Source: Selaginella moellendorffii | Lineage: Eukaryota; Plantae; Lycopodiophyta | Direction: 5' to 3' | Length of the DNA stretch: 64,000 nucleotides | Assembly: GCF_000143415.4 (NCBI RefSeq) | Contig: NW_003314328.1 | Span: 955,626-1,019,625 of the forward strand | In this document: in pieces, positions 1-11,748 of the stretch | How positions within the stretch are numbered: the first letter of the stretch is position 1 | Layout of the letters: every line of letters starts with the position of its first letter | The notes under the pieces: generated by a model | What the model was told of the DNA's origin: nothing | The model's input: the letters and a program-made list of their open reading frames with translations, nothing else | The model's database searches: none | Made by a program: the position numbers and the translations under genes

Positions 1-1137
1 TGTTGAGGAAGCTCGACCTGTACTGCCCGAATGTCATGGAGGTGTACCTCGATGGCTGCCTAGGATTCACAAAGTTGGCCGCAGGAGATACGAGTGTATC
101 GGGCAGCGGGCTGTGAAACATTGCCAACGATATGCGTTCTTTGCTCTCGGTCTTCACCACGGCTCGGTGCTCGACGCTCTTGTAGAGGCCATTGGTTATT
201 ATCTGCGAAGAAAAAGAGGTAAGAAATCGAGGAAAATTCTAGTACCTCAATCTGATCTGCAAGGTTCACCACAAAAGCCTCCGGATCAGCCTGGACTTGG
301 ACCCATTTGCCATTTTTCCTGACCTGAAGGCCTTCGACGTCGTCTTGGAGCAGTATAGTGATACCTCCGGGATCAGAATGAGGACTCAGTCCCATGACGC
401 GGTCAGGCTGTGGACACGGAGGGTAATGGTTTACCCGAATAGTCTGGTAGATGCACTCTCCAAACTTTTTCTCCAGGAAGTCGGACTCAAGGCCAAGCGT
501 CTCTGAAATCTTTCCAAGGAGGCATTTTGCAAGTCCATGCACCTCGTTGGAGTACTCGTGTAGCACGGTCCTAAGCACCACATGTAAAGGGGCCGATAAT
601 AAAATTAGAACAGAGAGTACCTGTAAGACTCGGGCTTGGTCGGCCAGGAAGACAAGTTCCGAGTGGAGATGGGGAGCAATTGGTGATAGAGAAGATCAAC
701 CCAGTCGAGCACATCCGACGCAAGGAAATGCCTCCCGTAGCCTTCACAGCTCCCTGGCTTTATCGCAAACTCCAGCTTCTCCTCGTGAGACAAATGGAAA
801 AACTGTCGAGCAGCTTTTCGGACTCTTTCGAGCAAGGAAATTGGGATATCATGATTTACAACCTGAAAGTTTCATGTCAAGACAAAGGCGATAAAAAAGT
901 ACTAAGGAGTACCTGGAAAAATCCCCACTCTGCACAAGCTGCTCCTAGCTTCGCCAATTCTGAAGGATCATTCCGTAGTAACTTCCCGTGATCGATGATC
1001 GGCAAGCTCTCTTCAAAAGGAGCTGACACACGGGAATCAAGCGAGCGCTGAAGAAAGCGTGAAGGCACTTCTTCGAGCCCATTCTGTACCAAAGCCTGCA
1101 CGGAAATTGGAGGCTGCGACTGCACAACCAGAGCCAT
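1..1137 (-). CDS. 2-oxoglutarate/Fe(II)-dependent dioxygenase (DOXC; JOX/JAO- or SRG1-like), 4 exons, 3' end runs off window
   Basis: Exons 1137-913, 862-621, 570-246, 202-<1 with GT-AG introns. Motifs WGFFQVVNH, NHYPPCPQP, HSD (LSPHSDPGG), NGLYKSVEHRA, RIS. Confidence 0.93.
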
Positions 1138-1448
1138 TTACAAGAACTTCTGTAAGGGAAGCTTTCAGCACTCCGCACTTGTTTAAGAAGCATGCGACCG
1201 CAACTGTAGACTAGAAGACTAGGCTCACGATTTCCTTGTGAAGAACCATCATAAACATCACAATGGATTCTTTTAAATGGTATCATATTTACCTGTGGGG
1301 CTCTGAAGCAAATGTTGTGGCTCAGCATCAGATAGGCCACGTACACGGTCCCATCCCATATACGACTTTTCATCGATGCCACGATCGTCATTCAGTGTAC
1401 GAAGTAGATTCGGCATTAAGCTGTATAGAAATAGTAAACCGAGTTTCG

Positions 1449-2294
1449 TCAATCGATGCTCACGACGTCGAAACCATAAAAATCGTCCTTCAGTTGCACA
1501 CTTCCAGGCGCGGGTCCGACATTTTTTGGATGCTTGCCGTGAGCTTCGTTGTCATACGCCTGTGAATGAGTCCATGTTAGAAGCACGGGACCATAAAGCT
1601 AAAAAGCACCTCTTCAGCTGCTACCAATTCAGGATTTAGCGCCTGAAGCTTCTGCTTTAGTTCTTCCAACCGCGAAAATCCTGCGACAGAAGTTTGCTCG
1701 ACCTGCTCAAACACACCATTAACAAAAACCTTGACAAGATGTAACCAACCAAACGGTTGAGATCGTCACAAAGCTTTTGCTTTTCCTCTTCTTCAGCCTG
1801 CAATGCAGTTTGTGCCGCTTCCCATTGCTGTACACCTTTGAGAAGCAAGTCCTATGTAATAAATATCGTGACTTCACCTTCTTCGCATTCTCTTCTTTCA
1901 ATTTAGCCTTTCGAATTTTCGCTCCCGACATTTCGATTTTATTCCGTAGGTGTTCAAGGGCTGCATAAGAAGATTACTCAAAGACTAAAAGACAAGAACT
2001 CACCCGCTTTTCTCGGGCCAACAGTAAGTTTTATTTGCAACGAAAGCTCAGCCAGCTCTTTCTCAAAATTGTGGATCTTTAAGTAATTGTCTTGTATATA
2101 CCTGTAGAGACTTTCAGAAAAGAGAATAATAAGCCCTCTTACTTTCTTAGCTCCAGCTCCTTTTCCTCAAGAACCTGTTTCAGACAATGCTTGAAAGAGA
2201 AGAGAGGAAAACACGGTCTCTGAAACTGGACCTGAACTAGAATCGATCTTACCTTCTCACCGTACGAGATAGAAGGGGAATCCTGTGTCGCCAT
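1449..2294 (-). CDS. Plant coiled-coil protein, DUF662/RAB6-interacting golgin-like
   Basis: Multi-exon: MATQDSPS..., KIHNFEKELAELSLQIKLTVGPRKA|ALEHLRNKIEMSGAKIRKAKLKEE, EEEKQKLCDDLNRL|VEQTSVAGFSRLEELKQKLQALNP, last exon ends DDFYGFDVVSID*. Family assignment is from recall. Confidence 0.7.
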
Positions 2295-2345
2295 TTGAGC
2301 CCCAAACCTCAAACCTCAACTCAAAGCGAACAAGAGAAAGTATTA

Positions 2346-3752
2346 TCAGGGTGGAGACCATGCCCCAGATAGAAACAATTCTCTGAAACGAGATCCTAGT
2401 GCTACAACATAAAAAACTGTGAAAGAATACCGTCAGATCCCTTGTTATAGGAATTTCTTTGATAGATATCACCTGGAATTCCGGGTACCGTGCAATCTGG
2501 TTTTGCAAGTACTGTTTGCAGCGTGCAGTTCTCGTCAACTTTCACCCAATATTTACGCAGATCTAGAAAGACTTGCACATTTAGTTTTGTCAGCAACCCA
2601 GCTTTACCTGTTTCTTTTGTTTCATCCTGGTCAAAATCATCTGTGTGATCTAGCATTGATCTCAAAGCTGCTTTTCTTGATAACGGTGCAACAGCGTTTG
2701 CCTGATTGTCCAAATGTAACAACAGCTTTAAGAAAACAAACAAAGCAGACCTGGTAATATAGTTCAATACGATCCCTTGTGTACTCGTGCTTCTCATCCC
2801 AAGGAAGAGAAGCATCTCCAAACATCTAATTTCACGAGAAAAAGCTGTAAGAGCGAGGATGTGATAGTTAAAAGAATACTCTTTGCAAGTGAGGTTTGAA
2901 CTTGTCGAACTCCATAAAGTCCTCAATCAAGTCGCTCGACATGACTTCCCCATATAGCAGCAAAACAGGCCAGTGTAGAACATTGCTAGTGTCTAGCCAA
3001 GGCTTCTTGGCACCACAGAGCTCTTTGTACAAGTGACTCCCCAGCTTGACGTGCCTTTGCTCTAAACAAGTGACAAATTCCTGGACAACCAAACAAGTGA
3101 GAAATCAAAACACAATGAGAGCTTTCTCACCTCTGCCTCCTTGACATGAATCTTACGTTCGTTCGACCTTTTCAATCTAGTTTCTGCCTGATCCTTCAAG
3201 TTTCTAAGCTCCAGGTTGTGAGGTTCCACGTCCAAAGCTTTTGTACAAAGCTGGGAAGCTCGTTCGAGCAAATCAAGCTCCAGCGCGGCCTTGGAGCCAC
3301 GAAAGTAGGCCTGCCAAGCAAGAGATAAGTGAAACCACCAACCATCATCAATCACTGTACCAGAGTACCTTCACATTCGTAGGATTGAGCTCAATCGCTT
3401 GCTCGGCATCGTTCAATGCGCGCCTATAATTCCCCAGCAGCAAATTCACATGCGCCCTGTTCGCAAAGAGCACCGAGTTTTGCAATGGATCATCAATCCT
3501 CTGCTCGATCGCGCGTGTGTAGCAGTCCACAGCATCCTTGTACCCGGATTTCCCTTTCTTCACACACGCATTTCCCTGCTCCTATGGAAGATCGAACTAA
3601 AATCTCAAATCCTCGCAAACTCGAACAAAGAAGACAATGCATCCTACCCTGAGCTCCAATACGGCGGTCTCGCGAAGCGCATCGATCGCGGCCAGATCGT
3701 TCCTCTCCTCCTCGCTCAGCGCCTCGCCGCGGCCATGGAACAAGAGCGCCAT
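2346..3752 (-). CDS. TTC4: Tetratricopeptide repeat protein 4 / Cns1-like Hsp70/90 co-chaperone
   Basis: TPR repeats (DAVDCYTRAI, LFANRAHVNLLLGNYRRALNDAEQAIELNPTNVKAYFR). Wheel-domain LHWPVLLLY..SDLIEDF, LPWDEKHEY. C-terminus IPVFYVV...GAWSPP*. Confidence 0.9.
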
Positions 3753-3950
3753 AGCCGGGCAAAATATTTCCAACCCCTAAACCCTAAAACACGAAAACCA
3801 TTGAGCCAAGAATTTGTCTTTGATGGAAGTTAGTGAAGGAAGAAAGAAAGAACCATTGACAATTTGTGATTCCTACGCTCTCCCTCTTTTCCCCTAAAGA
3901 GCTCCTACAGCTAAAATCTGATGTACACATATCAAACCCATTCTCTTCTT

Positions 3951-4818
3951 CTAGTCATCATCCTCGTCCTCCTCTTCATTCTGGAAAAAAACGATGTGTT
4001 AGATCACAAAATCGCACAAGATCACGCGCAAAATCATAGAAGTTCTACCTCAGCACTGCCTTCTTCCTCGTTTTCCTTCGAATCTTCTTGCTCCTCGTCA
4101 TCCTGACAAGGACGAGACGACCGAAGTCGAGAAAACTGCAAAGATTCGTCAAAAATCTTACTTGTTTCTTCTTGTAAGCGGCCATGGACTCGGCGTAATC
4201 GGCCCGGAGCTGGGCGGCCTTGTTGACGTACACGGCCTTCTCCTGGAAGATCAAACAGTGGAGATCAGATCACTGCGAAGAAAAAAAAAAATGGAGAACA
4301 GAGAATACTCACACTTTCGCTCATCTTACTCCACTTATCACCAGCGGCCTTTCCAACCTGCGAGGGAAGAGTGAACGTCAAGAGAAGTTTTTCGAAACAC
4401 TCAAGGAAGAGAAAAGAGGCCTACCGCTGCGACGCCTTTGACATCCGGATGATCTTCCTTGTACTGTTGCCGAAAGCTTTCCCTGTGAAAAAAGAGAACT
4501 TGAATCGAATCCAAAGCGTGGAAGAGCGAAAAAACTTACAGGAAGACGAAGAATGCCGTGGGGGGACGCTTTGGGAGATTGGGGTCCTTGCTCGCCTTCT
4601 TTTCCTTCTTCTTTTGCTTCTTGGTGGCCTTCCCGTCCTTCACCGCGAGCTTCTTCCTGGCAAGGAAAGAAAAAAAGAGAGCATCAGTGATCACACCCCT
4701 GGAGAAGAAGAACAAGGAAAAAAATCGCCTACTCTTTCTCAGGCTTCGCGTCCTTGCCGTCCTTCTTCTTTGTCGAGCCCAAAGGCCGCCCTCGTCCCCT
4801 GGTACTGGCCTCTTTCAT
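3951..4818 (-). CDS. HMGB: High mobility group B protein (basic N-tail, HMG box, acidic C-tail)
   Basis: KDPNLPKRPPTAFFVFL|ESFRQQYKEDHP...VGKAAGDKWSKMSESEKAVYVNKA; ends EEEDEDD*. Confidence 0.92.
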
Positions 4819-5735
4819 CTTGAAAGCTCGACAGCCGCGATCTACAAGCAACCGAGAAAAAAACGATCCAGCTCCATCAAAACCGCGACGATTTGAGGAC
4901 ATTTCTCTCGATCTTGGAGGAGAAAAAAGCTCCAGCAAAAACGGGAGGAAGAAACCCACCTCAAAGCGAAACCGAGCGAAAAAACGATGAGCTGCTGCGT
5001 GGAAGACACAAAGACGAAGACGATCACAGCACAAATCCAAGCTGCTCAAACGCCGCCATAGCCACGCTGCAAGAGGAGAGAGCGAGGGAGACGCTAAGAA
5101 CAAAGAAGAGAGATGAGGGTTTGGCAGCGAAGGAGGCCCGTGTATGACGGGCACGAGTGACGAGCCTGCCCGTCGCCGGCGACGGGCAGCGCAATGCTGG
5201 CAACGCCTGGGCCGCTGGATGGCCCCAAGCAACGGTCCGATCCGTGGGCCTGGCAGGGAGATTTTTTGCCTTCACTCTCGCTATAAAAACCGGCCGTTGA
5301 TCCCCCAGCGCATGGACACCTTGAAGTGTTTCCTAGCCCTTCAGATTTATGTAAGCGCCACCGGCTGTAGCCGGTCACCATCGGTGTGCTTTCAAAATGG
5401 GCTTTACCCGGAGGTTTAAGAGTAGCCGGTGGACGCGACCGGCTGGCCGGAGCTTTATTTGGATGTGAAATCGAGAGGACAACAAAAGTGGCGGGAAGAA
5501 ATGCGCGCCATCTCGCGTTACAAAAATTTGATTTTATTTCTCTCTCTTCTCTTCGAGGAAAAGATTCCCATGGCATATCCGGCTAATCTTTCTACTTTAG
5601 CCAAATTGTTTTCATCATCGTCGTGATAGAGATAGACTGGTTCTATCTTTTTATATAGTTCTTCGCTGCTCGAGCTCGTCTAATCCATATCCATCGATCG
5701 AATGGAGGAAGAAAAAAAATCTCTCCCACTTTCTC

Positions 5736-6707
5736 TCACGCTTTACAGTGATCGCGCTCCGCCACCTTGCCGTTCTTCGTGGAGTGGTGACCCCGGAACG
5801 AAAACCCAAGCCGTCGCTGCCATGAATTCGCAGCGCTCGCATTCGTCCCGGGATGATTCGAGTTGGAGCAACTTAGACCCTGCTGCTGGTGATGATCCTG
5901 CTCGTGATCCACAAAAACAGCCGACTCCATCTCGATCTGGGCGATTCGCACAGTCCCTAGCAATCTCTCCGGGAGCTCCTCCTCGGCCTGCGACTCTACC
6001 AAGAATCCCATATCTACAACCACGGAGCTAACGTAGCCTAGAGCCAAGTGGAGGATGTAAGTCGCGACTGTGGACGATCCAATATCAACGTCGATCTCCA
6101 GATAGTTCGGGCCCCGGATGTAGTGACAAGTGAGCGCTTTCCCGAGCAAGCAAGCCGCGTGATTCCCCACAGTGGCCTTGACGATCCACGGACCACGAAC
6201 GATCCTGTTGATGAGCTTGAATCTACTGTTCCGGAACCCATCATCTTCGTGGATGAATCTGTAGAGAAGCGACCCCGGCGCGATTGGATCGTCGGTGGCG
6301 TAGTAGAACACGGCGCTGTAGTTCTCCTTCCCTGGAACTTGCAAGTTGACGGCGAAGACGAAGGACTTGAGACCCTCCCTCTGTGCCTGCGCTAGATCTA
6401 GAGCTCGCCTGACCCTGTTGTCCGGGCGGGCGAGGACGTGATCCAGCTTCCCGTGCGATCGAAGCCAATCCACGCCCAGTGGCTTCATCACGCACTCGCC
6501 CGCCGCGGCCTTGACCCTCTTGGCGAAGTAATTGTGGCCACGAACCTGGAATGCGCTGCCGGGAGGCGCCGCCCAGCCATTCGTGCCAGTGTCGAGATCT
6601 ACGATCTCGCGCAGCGATCCGCCGCTCCTCACACCCGCCTTCCAATCCCTAATCTCGCCGCGGCGGCGCTCCTCCTCGCCGCGGGATTCTTGCGTAACCC
6701 CGGTCAT
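5736..6707 (-). CDS. EDR2-like C-terminal domain (DUF1336) protein, intronless
   Basis: 323-aa ORF: GWAAPPGSAFQVRGHNY, FAVNLQVPG, RNSRFKLINRIVRGPWIVK, YLEIDVDIGSS, EELPERLLG. Confidence 0.92.
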   Translation of the reverse strand: MTGVTQESRGEEERRRGEIRDWKAGVRSGGSLREIVDLDTGTNGWAAPPGSAFQVRGHNYFAKRVKAAAGECVMKPLGVDWLRSHGKLDHVLARPDNRVRRALDLAQAQREGLKSFVFAVNLQVPGKENYSAVFYYATDDPIAPGSLLYRFIHEDDGFRNSRFKLINRIVRGPWIVKATVGNHAACLLGKALTCHYIRGPNYLEIDVDIGSSTVATYILHLALGYVSSVVVDMGFLVESQAEEELPERLLGTVRIAQIEMESAVFVDHEQDHHQQQGLSCSNSNHPGTNASAANSWQRRLGFSFRGHHSTKNGKVAERDHCKA

Positions 6708-6830
6708 GGCGAGGGCGAGGCGAAATTCCCAGATTTCCAGCCGCCGCGCTACATCCTAGAGCAAGATCAAGGAAAGAAGAGTGATGGATTGGAATCGCTG
6801 GGCGCCGAGGTGAATCAAACAACGCACCTC

Positions 6831-6959
6831 TTGACGTGCATTCCCATTGGCGCCCCGGAAGAAGAACCCTAGTCGCTTGTTAAGGAGCCCTTGGCTCTGG
6901 CCGGGATCCCAATGTGCCGCCACGTCATTGACACGTCATAACAGATCCCAGTGACGTCA
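6831..6959. promoter_or_regulatory. Cluster of ACGT/bZIP (TGACGT, ABRE/as-1-like) elements in the EDR2L-FLDH divergent promoter
   Basis: TTGACGTG 6831, GCCACGTCA 6919, GACACGTCA 6930, TGACGTCA 6952. Confidence 0.4.
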
Positions 6960-7002
6960 GCACATTTGAAACAAAAGAGTCCATGGAAGATCGAGCAAAT
7001 AG

Positions 7003-8253
7003 ATGGAAGAGAAGAAGGCTAGGGTTCTTGTGACCGGAGGGAGCGGCTTCCTTGGCGGAGCTCTCATCCGCGCGTTGCTGCGGTCCGGTCGCTACGAAAT
7101 ACGCGCGCTGGTGAGGAGGATCGGCAGCGTCGCCGCGGATTTCGATCCGGAGCTGCTCTCCGGCGGGGTGGAATTCGTCGCTGGCGATGTCTTGGATCTC
7201 GAATCGCTCGTCCGTGCCTGCGATGGCTGCCAGGCCGTAATCCATGTCGCGGCATACGTCAAGAGCTGGGCACCGGATCCCGCGCGCTTCTTCCAGGTAT
7301 GGCTTAGGGCGCGGGATTGTCGCTGGTGATCGAAATTTCGAAATTTCCTTCAGGTCAATGTGGGAGGCCTCAAGAATGTGATCGAAGCTGTCAAGGCTAC
7401 CGCATCGATCACAAAGCTCGTCTACACGTCCTCGTTCTTTGCTCTCGGACCATCGAAATATGGTGAAGTTGCCGATGAACAGCAGGTTTGTCTTCCCTTA
7501 TCTCACCACAATTTTTTCATTTCTTCTCGCTCCAGGTCCATTCCGGGAAGAACTTTTGCACAGAGTATGAGAGATCCAAGCTGGAAGCCGATATAGTCGC
7601 ACGGAATTCCGAGGTGCCTATAGTTCTTCTCTACCCGGGAGTGATATATGGATCCGGACGAATCACTCGAGGCAACATCATCGCGGACATTGTAAGTTCT
7701 TCGCAAAACGATTCACACTCGTGAAGATGCCAAGACTTTCTCCATTTCGCAGCTCATAGAACGGTTCAACTGGCGTCTACCCGGCTACATCGGATTCGGG
7801 CATGACAAGTTCTCGTTTTGTCACGTCGAGGACGTTGCTGCCGGGCACATCGCAGCGCTCGAGAGAGGTGCTCCCGGCGAGAGGTTCATCCTTGGCGGCC
7901 CAAACAAATCGCTCGAGGACGTGTTTAACATCTCCGCGAGCTTGACAGGCACCAGAAGGCCGTGGTTCCACATACCACTCTGGTTAGTCTACGTCTATGG
8001 CTACGTCTCGACCGTCTTTGCTCGGATCGCTGGCGTAGAGCCTGTTGTGACGCATCCGGTAAGTCTTCCAAATCATCCTTTCCACCTCTTGATCTAAGCT
8101 TTGATCTTCCAGGCAGTCTCGGTGATAAAGCAGCAATGGGCCTACTCGAGTGCCAAAGCCGAGAGACTCCTGGGCTACAAACCAAGATCTCTGGAAGATG
8201 GACTGGCGGAAATGCTCGTCTTTCTCAAAGACAGGCAGCTCATTACGTACTGA
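7003..8253 (+). CDS. FLDH: Farnesol dehydrogenase-like NAD-dependent epimerase/dehydratase
   Basis: VLVTGGSGFLG, NVGGLKNVIEA, YTSSFFALG, FCTEYERSK, LYPGVIYGSG, IERFNWRLPGYIG, QWAYSSAKA; 5 exons. Confidence 0.88.
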
Positions 8254-8391
8254 AAATCTGGAGACAAAGCCATTAACGGAAACAAAACCATGGACATATC
8301 GAAACAAGAAAATTTGCGTCGATCTAAGCTGCGTACTTACTTCACGACGATATCGCTCCCGCCAAAACCAATCCTGTTGTGCGTGGGTGGA

Positions 8392-11088
8392 TCACAAGCC
8401 CACCCATTTCACCTTGGAGAACAGCTTCCTTCCAACCGGGAGCCCGTAATCCTTGACAACCGCCGGTTCGTTGCGAGCACTCCGAGGACGGCACCAAATG
8501 TAAACACCTCTCTCTTGTCGGCTGCCCGGAACGGTGTTGTCCAACACGAACGCCACCAGGAACGCAATCACCATATGCATCGAGAGCACCGAGTTGAGCA
8601 CGAAATTCGCCTGAAAGGATGGGTAAGAACTTAGAGAAGATCTCTCGAGTTTGCTTTACCCCGTGGTTCTTCGTCTTGACGGGGCCGTGCTGAGCGACCG
8701 CATAAGGTTGAAAGTAAGGCTCAGTCACTGCATTTACCCCTGCGTTGCCATACTGCTGGAAGTAGGCGGGCACTGACAAGGCAGTGAACAGGGAGAGGCC
8801 CACGATAAGTACGTTCCGGGAGCTTCCAGTCTCGCTGTATCGTAAGTTAGACAAGCCGAGAGCTGTCAAGAGGGTCCACATGAAAGCCAGGAGCCCGGCC
8901 ACAATAACAGTCGGAATTGAGGCAATGAATGCTCCTACTTTGCCTGCAAATATCACAAGGGGCGAATAGAAAAATCCAGGATATCAGCAACACAGCCAAA
9001 TTCACAGGCCTGAAAAGAAGGAATGCCAGGAAGAACTCACCAACTAAAGCGAGGATGATCAAGACGCAAGCTCCAAATTCGACAGCTCGCCGGCTTCCCA
9101 TCTTCGTGACAGCTATCGTATGCACATTTTCGGTTAATGTCGTTGCCCCGGCTCCAGTTCCAAATATCCCAGCCAAAGCACTGGTTATCCCCTCCAAACC
9201 AATGCTTCTGCTGACCACCCCTGGAGATGGAGCCCGGGAAGCAACCAGCAACGAAGTCGCATGATAAGTTCCTACCTGGAATCCAACAATGTCAAAACAA
9301 ATATATCAGCACCACCAAAGAGCACTGACCGAATCCACGGTTGCGATTATCGACGCGGCCATCATCACAAGCCCCGTTTTAAAGCTGAAGCGTGGTGTGC
9401 CCCATTGCAGTGGATACGGAAAGCGAAACCAGGCTGCGTCTTTCAAAGCCGTGGAAACATCTGTCCTGCAGTGTTTCATAGTGAAAACATGTCGTTGACA
9501 TGCCGCTGACGGTGGTAGTTTCATATTGCATCCTTTGTAGTTGTATGCTCCCGTCTCGGTTAGTAAGAAAGCATACGCCCAGATGATACCAAGTCCCAGG
9601 GGCACCTGTGGAGCCAAGATGAAGTTCAGTTGCAAGTTTCATTGTCCAGACGTACCGCATAAACTTGAAAAATTCGGTGACCGAAGACAGATATTTTTCG
9701 CAGGTACTGCATACACAGAGCGCACGGCCGTTAGCAGCAATGTCCAGCAAGCCGAGATTTGGACTCACCAGAGCAAAGAAAAGTACGATCAGTAGCTGTG
9801 GAAGACCAATCTCGACACAGGTTCCAACCACGGGAAAAGCATAGCTGAAAAATGCCAAGCCTATCGCAGCAACAGTTGGTGCAACAACCACCGGATTGAT
9901 CACCCTGCAAAACATTCGGTCAGACTCAACTTAACGACATGGCTGGCTGAGACGCTAGATATACCTGAGGATGATAGACATAAGGCCAGTATAGCCCACG
10001 ACCATTTGGAACACCGAAGAAATAATGACAGCTCCTTGCAATTCCCTCATTATATGTTTGAATCTCTGTAAAACAAAGACAACGTCACAGAGTCTCGAAG
10101 AGAAAGTTGATTTTACTTACATTCTGGCGTACGCTAGAAAACTCCGGAGAATGAATGATAGTCAGAATTGGAGCCAGATATGCGAATGATGCGCCTTGCA
10201 CCAGAGGCAACCTCGAACCGAAAAACGAGTGCAACAAAGTTGTGATCCCAGTGACCAGAAGCATAGTAGAGACAACTTTGGCGACATCTTCCTAGACAAC
10301 AAAAGATCACACGCATTAATACAGCAAGAAGAAAACCATCTCACGAGCTTACGTTGCTTCCGCCCATGGCTGGCACAAAGATTAAAGGCGTAAGTACAAG
10401 CGATCCAACAATGGAGAAGTAGTGTTGCAATCCATACAAAATTAACGGAACTGCAAGTACAAGTTAGTAGCGGAGTACATGATCAGCAAAGAAAAAAAGA
10501 AATGAATCCGAAAGGAAACTCACCTAGTCCCGGAGTCTCTCTGATCTCATACTTCATATGAGATTGTTTCGCCATGAGGACATCGTCCATGTCTTGCTGA
10601 GAACCCATGTCAACCTCCGAGTCTCTATAGTGTCCACGAAGCTGGCCACTGCTTTGCTGGACGCCGCTCACATTCTCCGAGTCAATCCCTCCGGTCCCTC
10701 TCTTTGAGCTCACGGGAGGGGTGTAAACTTTCGTCGGTGTAGCGCCTGGATCCTTGGCAGAGCTCCCATTCTCCACCGGCGTCCTGGGAGCAGCACCGCC
10801 ACTAAGATCTGCCGAATTGGGGGCCTTGAGATGCAATGTAGCATCAGCATTGCTCACATCCGTGTCGCTGATGGTGCTGGCCGCGCTCTCGCCGGACATG
10901 TTGCTCCGGAATCCTGTTCTTCGGGCCCATGATCCCATTGTCCTGGGATTCTGATTGCCACCGGCGTCCATCCTCGGCGGCCAGGGTCCGGGTCTTCTAC
11001 CTAGGGAAGGGGACTCTGGATCATGATGATCTTGAGCTCTCGATGGCGGCGAAGACGTCCCAAGCCCCGCTGGAGGAGGAAGAGGCAT
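8392..11088 (-). CDS. NAT12: Nucleobase-ascorbate transporter (NAT11/12 clade)
   Basis: MGSWARRTGFR, HMKYEIRETPGL, GSRLPLVQGASF, WFRFPYPLQWGTP, NAT signature TLTENVHTIAVTKMGSRRAV, LDNTVPGSRQERGVY. Confidence 0.93.
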
Positions 11089-11748
11089 AATATCTTGATT
11101 CTAGCTCGCTGCGATGCCCCGACACCGCGCTTCTACCACCAAGAACCGATCAAACCAGCGCTCTAGAGGCCGGATTCACGCCTGGAAACGCAAATGCCAT
11201 ACCAGATCCGCCGCTTCCCCATCGCCGAGCTCGATAGCTCCTGCCAGAATCCACACGACAGCGGCCGCGTCGCCATCGATCGGGCGCCTCCAGTCAGGGA
11301 TCCGGCTCCTCGATCCGGAAAGAAGCCACATTCTTTGGGCGCGCGGCGGCGTCCATAGCCAAAACCTCGCCCTCCAAGAACACAAGAATGAGATGAGAAG
11401 AAGCTACTAAAGGTGTATAGTGTAGAAGCGAAGCAAGGCCTTTTTTCACGTTAACTGTACTGGGCTTTTGACTGGCTGGTTATTACCTGGGCGGTAACTT
11501 ATCTCGGTCCGTTGTGCCGACAGCGAAGTTCTCCATAGCCACAAGCAATCCTGGCCGTCCGATATTCCTCAGAGAATATACTATTTGAGCCGGTCCTGAC
11601 CGTCCGATCATATCTTAGAGATGGTTCTATCTAGGGTTTATCATTTGGGAATGGCGGGATCGCGCAGACGATGAATGCGCTGAGGTACGAGCAGGATTGG
11701 AAGCGCAAGATTTCTTTCTGGATCCAGGAATTTGAGCGCCAGGCCGAA

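Noticed and set aside
4729-5626. Several overlapping ORFs upstream of HMGB
   Set aside because: GC-rich promoter, 5'UTR and intron sequence; mostly non-ATG starts and no motifs.
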